Source: an uncultured Candidatus Binatia bacterium
GTDB taxonomy: Bacteria > Desulfobacterota > Binatia > UBA9968 > CAXXLF01
DNA: 64,000 bases
Reading direction: 5' to 3'
NCBI GenBank assembly: GCA_965218425.1
Contig: OZ244621.1
Coordinates: 1,152,001-1,216,000, forward strand
Shown here piece by piece: positions 57,840 through 64,000 of the stretch. The translations under genes were made by a program, and so were the position numbers. Each line of letters opens with the position of its first letter. Positions within the stretch are counted from its first letter, which is position 1. Under the pieces are notes generated by a model, which searched no databases, was not told the origin of the DNA, and was given only the letters and a program-made list of their open reading frames with translations.

Positions 57840-58622
57840 TCAAGAACCGCCATGGGCCGGAACGATCGCGCCATTGACGAAAGAAGCGGCATCGGACGCC
57901 AGGAAGAGGGCGACCCCGCCGATATCGTCCGCCACCCCTGCGCGACCCACGGCGATCCGTTCCACCGCCGCTGACAAGTCCCGCATGTCCCCTCCGACTC
58001 TCGGCGTATTGATAAAGCCGGGGGCGATGGCATTCACCCGGATCTCGGGCTTCCACTGGTGGGCCATGTTTACGGTGAGACTCATGACGGCGGCCTTGGC
58101 GGCGGCGTAGGCGGCCATATCGTCGCCCGTGGGATTGCCGAGTCCCGCCGTGGAACCGATGTTGATAATGACGCCTTTCCCCTGGGACTTCATAATGGGG
58201 ACAACGGCCTTGGCGCAGAGAAATGCGCCCTTCACATTCACCTGGAAGGCTCCCATGAAATCCTCTTCACTCAACTCGAGGAGCGGACCGCGGGTAAATT
58301 TCGGGGTGTAGTCGCTGCGGCTATAGGAGCCGCCGGCTACATTGGCGAGAATATCGATGCGTCCGAATCTCCGCATGCTCTGCTTCACCATCTCCGCAAC
58401 CTGGGCGGCGCTGGAAACGTCGACGGTCACCCCGATGGCCTGAGCGCCCAGGGCCTCCGCCTCCGCAATTGCCGGCGGGATCTCTTCGGGCGGCACCGAG
58501 GCGAGAACCAGGTTTGCCCCGGCTTTGGCGAAGGCCCGTGCGCATCCGCGCCCGATGCCCCCGCTCCCTCCCGTAATGACCGCCGTTCGTCCCTCAAGCG
58601 AAAAACGGGATAAATCCGTCAT
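57840..58622 (-). CDS. Short-chain dehydrogenase/reductase
   Basis: TGGSGGIG, YAAAK, VNAIAPG. Confidence 0.93.
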   Translation of the reverse strand: MTDLSRFSLEGRTAVITGGSGGIGRGCARAFAKAGANLVLASVPPEEIPPAIAEAEALGAQAIGVTVDVSSAAQVAEMVKQSMRRFGRIDILANVAGGSYSRSDYTPKFTRGPLLELSEEDFMGAFQVNVKGAFLCAKAVVPIMKSQGKGVIINIGSTAGLGNPTGDDMAAYAAAKAAVMSLTVNMAHQWKPEIRVNAIAPGFINTPRVGGDMRDLSAAVERIAVGRAGVADDIGGVALFLASDAASFVNGAIVPAHGGS

Positions 58623-58656
58623 GGCTCCCCCTCATGCTTATACTTTGCGCCATGGG

Positions 58657-59748
58657 CTAGATACCGTAAAATGCCCTGGGATTGGCGGAAAGAACCTTCC
58701 GTTTCACATCGTCTCCAAGGTCTTCCATGGCCTTGAACCTCGAAATGGCGTTGAGCTCGCTGGATGTGTCTCCATGGCCGTAGTCCGTCCCTATGAGAAG
58801 ATTCTCCTCCCCTACGTAGGACATGACGTAGGGAAAATCGTCGTCCGTCTGGGTGGTGGAGTAAATGTTGTATTCCCGAAATGGGTTGCCGGGAACGGGA
58901 TGGGCGCTCCCCATGGACCGTCTTATGGTCTCGTGGATTATCCAGGGAACCCACTGACATGACACCTCGATGAAGCCCCACCGAAGTTTGGGAAAAACCC
59001 GCGGGATCTCGCTCATAATCAGGGCAAAGCAGGCGGTGACGGTGGGCACGCGAAATGTCGAAAACCCCCCACCGGCTTCGTTGGTCAGCATTTTCATCAA
59101 TTCCGGGTTCCCGTTTGCAAGATGGACGGTTATGGGCAGGTCGAGGAGCTGGGCCTCGTCGTATATGGGGTAAAAAAACGGATCGGTCATGACCCGATCC
59201 CTTTCGAAGGGTCGCATGCAGACGCCGACGGCTCCGTGCTCCTTGGCGAAGCGAATCTGCGGCGCGGCTTCGGAGGGCGTCAACGACGGGATCACACAGG
59301 TCCAGCGCAGGCGCCCTTGCCCGCGCTTCCACACGTCGGCCATCCAACGGTTCCAGCCCCAACAAAGCGCCGTCTCCGCGTCCGGCCTGCTCGTGACGGG
59401 TGAGATCCACATGGAATTATACAACACCTGAACGGCGATCCCCAACTCGTCCATATGCTTCAGTCGCAGACTCACATCGTCAAGCTCTCGGGATTGGATG
59501 GGCGTTGCCACGACCCGACCGAACTTCTTCACGTGTTCCGCGGCCTGGGTCTCGTTGGGTGAAGGAAATTTATTGCCCAGGAATTCCCCGTCCAGGAACC
59601 ATCGTCCCCTTTCCGAGTTGTCCGGCAGGGGGACAAAGGTTGGACGGTACTTCTTCTCAGACGGCTCGAGATAGTCCCACACCTGCTCGTTTTCCACCAC
59701 GTGGGCGTCGGCGTCAACAATGCCCGTATTCGCCTGCGTCGTCGTCAT
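58657..59748 (-). CDS. Amidohydrolase_2 family protein
   Basis: VDADAHVVE, VHLA, GTDYGHGD. Confidence 0.9.
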   Translation of the reverse strand: MTTTQANTGIVDADAHVVENEQVWDYLEPSEKKYRPTFVPLPDNSERGRWFLDGEFLGNKFPSPNETQAAEHVKKFGRVVATPIQSRELDDVSLRLKHMDELGIAVQVLYNSMWISPVTSRPDAETALCWGWNRWMADVWKRGQGRLRWTCVIPSLTPSEAAPQIRFAKEHGAVGVCMRPFERDRVMTDPFFYPIYDEAQLLDLPITVHLANGNPELMKMLTNEAGGGFSTFRVPTVTACFALIMSEIPRVFPKLRWGFIEVSCQWVPWIIHETIRRSMGSAHPVPGNPFREYNIYSTTQTDDDFPYVMSYVGEENLLIGTDYGHGDTSSELNAISRFKAMEDLGDDVKRKVLSANPRAFYGI

Positions 59749-59793
59749 ACACGCCTCCTTTTGTCTTAAAACGGCAACAGTTTCCTCGAAACC

Positions 59794-60534
59794 TCACCCG
59801 GCCTGGACTCCGCCGTCCACCAGGATATCCGAGCCGGTGATCATATCCGAGTCCTTGGAAGCGAGGAATACGGCTGTCCGCGCCACATCTTCCGGCGTGC
59901 ATTGGCGCCCCACCAGATTGGTGACTTTCCAGTCACGGGGCTTCTCACCCGGACCAACCACCGTCCTGACCCTGTTGGGCGTAATGCTGTTAACCCGGAT
60001 ATCGTAGGGAGCAAGCTGCATGGCCAGCGACCGGGTGAGGTTCAGGACGCCTCCTTTGGCCGAGGGGTAAGCAGTGGCGTCGGTTCGTCCTCGATGCCCA
60101 GAGGTGGAAGCGATATTGATAATCCTACCCCCCCGACCCGCCCCCGCCATACGCTTGGCCGCATACTTGGTGCAGAGAAAAACACTCTTCAAGCTAACGG
60201 CGATGACCCGGTCCCAGTCGCTCTCGTCAAGTTCCAGCACGTTCTTACGGTCCACCACCCCTACGTTGTTCACCAGTACATTCACGGCCCCCCATCTCGC
60301 CACCACCTGAGCCACCATCTGCTCCACCTGGGCGCCGGATGTAACGTCACACCTCATAGCCGCTGCCGTGTCGGGCCGACTCACGTTGATGGACTGCGCC
60401 ACGGACCTGGCTCTTGCCTCCTCAACGTCCACCACGGCCACACGGGCGCCCTCCTCGGCGAAGGCCCGCGCAATCCCCTCTCCGATGTTGCGCCCCGCGC
60501 CGGTCACGATAGCAATACTATTTTCAAGCCTCAC
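59794..60534 (-). CDS. Short-chain dehydrogenase/reductase
   Basis: TGAGRNIG, VNNVG, YPSAK, VDGG; GTG start after GGGAGG. Confidence 0.92.
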   Translation of the reverse strand: MRLENSIAIVTGAGRNIGEGIARAFAEEGARVAVVDVEEARARSVAQSINVSRPDTAAAMRCDVTSGAQVEQMVAQVVARWGAVNVLVNNVGVVDRKNVLELDESDWDRVIAVSLKSVFLCTKYAAKRMAGAGRGGRIINIASTSGHRGRTDATAYPSAKGGVLNLTRSLAMQLAPYDIRVNSITPNRVRTVVGPGEKPRDWKVTNLVGRQCTPEDVARTAVFLASKDSDMITGSDILVDGGVQAG

Positions 60535-60557
60535 GGCGGCGCCTCCCGACGGACCCT

Positions 60558-60797
60558 CTAATCCCTTCCATTCCCTCCCCGGATCCTCCCTTTCACCCAT
60601 AGCTTCGCCAACTCCAGAGCGCAAGAGTCGGCCTCCCGTTGCGAGTCGAAACTAGCCCTTCTTCGGCCAAAGATGGGTATGGATTTCACGCCTTTGCCAT
60701 CTTCAACGATGATGGAGGCCCGGGGAACCCAGCCCCCGTTTTGAAGTTGATAGGATGTCAGCTCGATGGTATGATCTTGGTAAGACACCTTTTTCAT
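60558..60797 (-). CDS. Small hypothetical protein (HlyU/CV_2116-like)
   Basis: YQDHTIE...GGW...F.SQREAD..ALELAK.WV pattern. Confidence 0.55.
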   Translation of the reverse strand: MKKVSYQDHTIELTSYQLQNGGWVPRASIIVEDGKGVKSIPIFGRRRASFDSQREADSCALELAKLWVKGRIRGGNGRD

Positions 60798-60819
60798 TTT
60801 GTATTGCGCAGAGCCCCCC

Positions 60820-60972
60820 CCGAACCGAAATCCAGATCTCGAAGCTCGAAATCTCAAATAAACCGACGCGCCAGATCTAGAATCCGAAATCCGAAACAGG
60901 ATCGTTTGGAATTTTACGTTGTTCGATCATTCGGATTTGCTTCGAATTTTGGATTTCGAGCCTCGAATCTGC
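60820..60972. repeat. Inverted arrays of degenerate heptamer CGAAATC / GATTTCG
   Basis: ..CCGAAATCC..CTCGAAATC..TCCGAAATCCGAAAC / TTCGGATTT..TTGGATTTCG. Confidence 0.65.
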
Positions 60973-60981
60973 AGTTTCATT

Positions 60982-61989
60982 TTAACCTGGCGTACGTTGC
61001 GCCTTTGCGCGAGCTGTCCTTTTCGTGACGGCGTCCGGGTTATGCACGCGAATGGGACTGCCGGCAATATATGCCGACACATTCTCTACCGTCATCTCCA
61101 CCCACGGACCGTAGGACTCACGGGTCGTCCACCCTGCGTGCGGGGAAAGAAGAAGATTCTCCAGATGACGGATGGGCGAGTCGTGAGGAAGGGGTTCCTC
61201 CATAAACACGTCGAGGGCCGCTCCGGCTATACGCTTTGCAGCCACGGCCTCCAGCAAAGCCGGTTCATCGGTTATGGCCGCGCGTGCGGTATTCACAAGG
61301 TAAGCCGTCTGCTTCATCGAACCGATTCGCTCGCGACTCACCAGTCCTCGCGACAGGTCCGACAGGGGAAGATGGATTGACACGAAATCCGATTCCCGCA
61401 TGACGTCGTCAAGCTCCAGGCGCTCTACGCCGCTTTGCAGGGCGCGCTCTTCAGTGAGGGTAGGCCCCCAGGCCGCAACGCGCATCTCCAGCGCGGACGC
61501 GGCCCTGGCCACTCGAGTTCCGATCTTGCCCATGCCGAGGATGCCGAGGGTCTTGCCTTGCACGGATCCAAAGAGCTCAATGGGCCAATGACCCCGGCGC
61601 ACGGCAAGGTCGTTCTGGGGGATTCGGCGCGTGAGGGAGAGCATGAAAGCGATGGTGAGCTCCGCCACCGAGGGGGACGATCCCCCGGGCGCATTGGCGA
61701 GCAGAATCCCGCGACGGGTGGCCTCGGACACATCCACATGGTAAAAGTGGGACCCCGTATTGGAGACTAGGCGGAGGTCGGGGAGCCGGCCAAGCAATTC
61801 CGCGGTAAACCTGGTGCGCTCCCGGTTGGCGATGATGATCTCGACCCCGCCGAGCGCCTCCACCAGGGCATCCTGGGAGGGAAAAGGTTCCTCGCAAACG
61901 GTTACGTCACACCTCCGGCGCAAATGTTTTACCGCATCCGAAGGGCCGAAGACGCGGTGGTAGTCATCGATTACTGTAACCTTTTTCAT
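60982..61989 (-). CDS. D-2-hydroxyacid dehydrogenase family
   Basis: GILGMGKIG, VNTARA, DVF..EPL, SPHAG. Confidence 0.93.
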   Translation of the reverse strand: MKKVTVIDDYHRVFGPSDAVKHLRRRCDVTVCEEPFPSQDALVEALGGVEIIIANRERTRFTAELLGRLPDLRLVSNTGSHFYHVDVSEATRRGILLANAPGGSSPSVAELTIAFMLSLTRRIPQNDLAVRRGHWPIELFGSVQGKTLGILGMGKIGTRVARAASALEMRVAAWGPTLTEERALQSGVERLELDDVMRESDFVSIHLPLSDLSRGLVSRERIGSMKQTAYLVNTARAAITDEPALLEAVAAKRIAGAALDVFMEEPLPHDSPIRHLENLLLSPHAGWTTRESYGPWVEMTVENVSAYIAGSPIRVHNPDAVTKRTARAKAQRTPG

Positions 61990-62238
61990 GATTCCATCCG
62001 ATTTCCATGAGACCGCCGCGGGTTTACACCCGTGGTATCCTCTGATTCTTCGGCGAAATCCACCGAGGCTCCTCCTTGCTTGCTCCGCCGAATCGGCCTC
62101 GGCTGCGAAGGCGGATGTTCTTATAGCACGGCCCTGGAACTGATTTCCACCGTAGCAAGTTGTTGCCTGCAGGGGGGTTGACCGGGAGACGAGGCATGGC
62201 AATATTCGGATTCACTGTTCAGAGCACCGCGTTGTCGG

Positions 62239-62430
62239 TTGAGCAATGAAAGCCTTTGGCATACGTTTATCATCGTCTTGATCTTTATCAGTCAGGCCGT
62301 CTCTCTCGCAGGGGCGCCGGACCCACAGGATCTCGCGAAACTTAAACCGCCCACTTTTTCACCTCCAGACAAAGCGCCGGCATTTGCCCTCAACAACCCT
62401 GAGGGTAGAGAGATAAGCCCTGCCATTTGA
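62239..62430 (+). pseudogene. Possible truncated TlpA/redoxin N-terminus
   Basis: Signal-like segment then KAPAFALNNPEGREIS*, stopping before any CxxC. Confidence 0.35.
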
Positions 62431-62577
62431 TTCGAAAGAACCTCCAAGACCCGTTCCATTCCAATTCTAGCCTTGACCGCAGTGGATAGCACTAAAAGCC
62501 TTTTACCCCTTCACGCCCGGTGGCATCCATTGAGAAGTTATCGGTGTAATGAAACTCCATGGACCGACTTGTGCCTG

Positions 62578-63498
62578 TCATTTCATGATGTCGAGAACGA
62601 TCAGTTCATAGGGCATGGGTATGCTCTTCCACTTTGGTCCGGCTTTCCTTTCAATCACATCAAGATTCAATCTCATAATGCCAAAGAGCACAACCTCGTC
62701 GTTGACCTCAAGACTTCCGGCGCTTTTATCCGCCGTCGTCCCCATGATGGTGAGCGCACGGAGGTTCCTTTCCATAAAGCCGTCTCGGTGCACCACCGCC
62801 ACATCAAACACATGTCCATCTTTACGCTTTTCAGCGACGCTCATCACTACGGCAAGGAGGGTCCAGTGGCTGAAACCGGTCCTTGACCCTTTGACGGCAA
62901 TATAGGGCTCTCCCTCCTTATCAACACGGCGAATCGAGATTTTTCTTCTGTTCAAGGTGGAGGGCAGCTTGCCCCCACGATGTCCGATAAAGGGAATGTC
63001 TCTCTTTTGGACCCCTCGGGTCATCTCCAGAAACGAGATGCCACCCAGGCGAGTCAGCGGATGGAGTTGCACCATATGATCCGGGGTCGAGCTGGTGTAA
63101 CGGGCCAGCGGGTCACATTCGCATTGTCGTTTGCCCCCCTGGGGAGGGTGTTCCAGCCACACCCGTAGAACCCCTTCCGCCTCAAGGACTTGTCCCTCGA
63201 GGGGCTTGAGCTTGCGGGACCAGTAATTCGCAGGCGTCCTTTCCGGTTGAGAACAGGCATTTTTGATCCCTCCCAAGATAGCGACCCTGATGTCTTTGCT
63301 TCTGAGCGGAACGTGAAGATTGCAGTCCTTTTCAATGGGCCGCGCTTTTTCCCCGATGTGTTCGGGGGTCGCCCGGATGGTAACGAGAATATCATGTCGG
63401 TGCTTCTTGACCACACGCTCACGAAGCCAGATCTCCGCTGCTAAAAGACTGGAAGGAGCAACGAGCAATAATAATACGACGCTGAGGAAGCTTGTCAT
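62578..63498 (-). CDS. Secreted hypothetical protein
   Basis: Signal peptide; DCNLHV, WLEHP, HMVQLHP; GGAG RBS. Confidence 0.7.
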   Translation of the reverse strand: MTSFLSVVLLLLVAPSSLLAAEIWLRERVVKKHRHDILVTIRATPEHIGEKARPIEKDCNLHVPLRSKDIRVAILGGIKNACSQPERTPANYWSRKLKPLEGQVLEAEGVLRVWLEHPPQGGKRQCECDPLARYTSSTPDHMVQLHPLTRLGGISFLEMTRGVQKRDIPFIGHRGGKLPSTLNRRKISIRRVDKEGEPYIAVKGSRTGFSHWTLLAVVMSVAEKRKDGHVFDVAVVHRDGFMERNLRALTIMGTTADKSAGSLEVNDEVVLFGIMRLNLDVIERKAGPKWKSIPMPYELIVLDIMK

Positions 63499-64000
63499 CT
63501 GATTCTCCAGGCCAAAGGCATAGCACGAATCACGTGATCATGAAGAGCATCAAAGCGGTTAAAATTCTTTGCGGGTTTGGTGTCGTGACGCGATAAACCT
63601 TGTTGAAGCGGGTCTGTAGCAGCTTCCATCGGTAAGATTCCATTGATATTGATTCAATTGCAGGCTATCTAATGTCCAGCTTATTTTTTTGAGACCGAGA
63701 ATGCGAATCGCGGCGATATTTATTTTGCTTTTGGCTTTTGCTCCGCTAACGGCTTGCTCCCCCAAGGTCGGCGGCAAGGAGTGATGCGAAGAGATGAAGA
63801 AAAAATCCAAAGGGGATTGGACTGCAAACGAAGCCGCTGATTTTGCGAAGCACCGAGTGATGGGGTGGGCGCCTTCAATTAACCGACGGTCAACACTCGC
63901 GAATTGGCCGGTGTTTCCCTTTAGGGCGACACAGCAATGCTAAGGGTCTGGGGCAGGAAAGATTCATCCAACGTTCAAAAGGTGGTGTGGTGCTGTGACG

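Noticed and set aside
1..64000. tRNA or rRNA genes, or a tRNA-anchored integration site
   Set aside because: None recognised by eye; tRNAscan was not run

Overview
A GC-rich bacterial window with three parts. (1) 1-25.4 kb and (3) 55.4-64 kb are accessory metabolic genes: four amidohydrolase_2 paralogs, two UbiD decarboxylases each paired with a heme-oxygenase-like (CADD/TenA/PqqC-fold) gene, a DapA-family aldolase, queC, Mo/W oxidoreductases, SDRs, MFS transporters and Hsp20. (2) 25.5-55.4 kb is a mosaic island with no intact transposase or integrase. It is cut into cargo blocks by recurrent 60-300 bp modules derived from Y1 (HUH, RAYT-like) and IS110 transposons, many ending in GG(G/T/C)GTCA...TGACCCC-type termini. 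One Y1 element has 23-bp terminal inverted repeats and its catalytic core is replaced by phage-like DNA. Cargo includes vapBC, two paralogous zincin/TbpB-barrel lipoproteins, a Type II R-M operon followed by a truncated long-B-like Argonaute, an McrA-like HNH nuclease, and an unusual DNA phosphorothioation operon: dndA-dndC-[DUF262/DUF1524 SspE/GmrSD-like]-small protein-dndD-[DndE::FtsK fusion]-ABC ATPase-DUF4435/TOPRIM (PARIS-like), with no dndB or dndFGH in the window. The variant Dnd operon and the cargo-capturing Y1-derived repeat system are the best candidates for undescribed biology. All family calls come from motif recognition by eye; no database searches were run.
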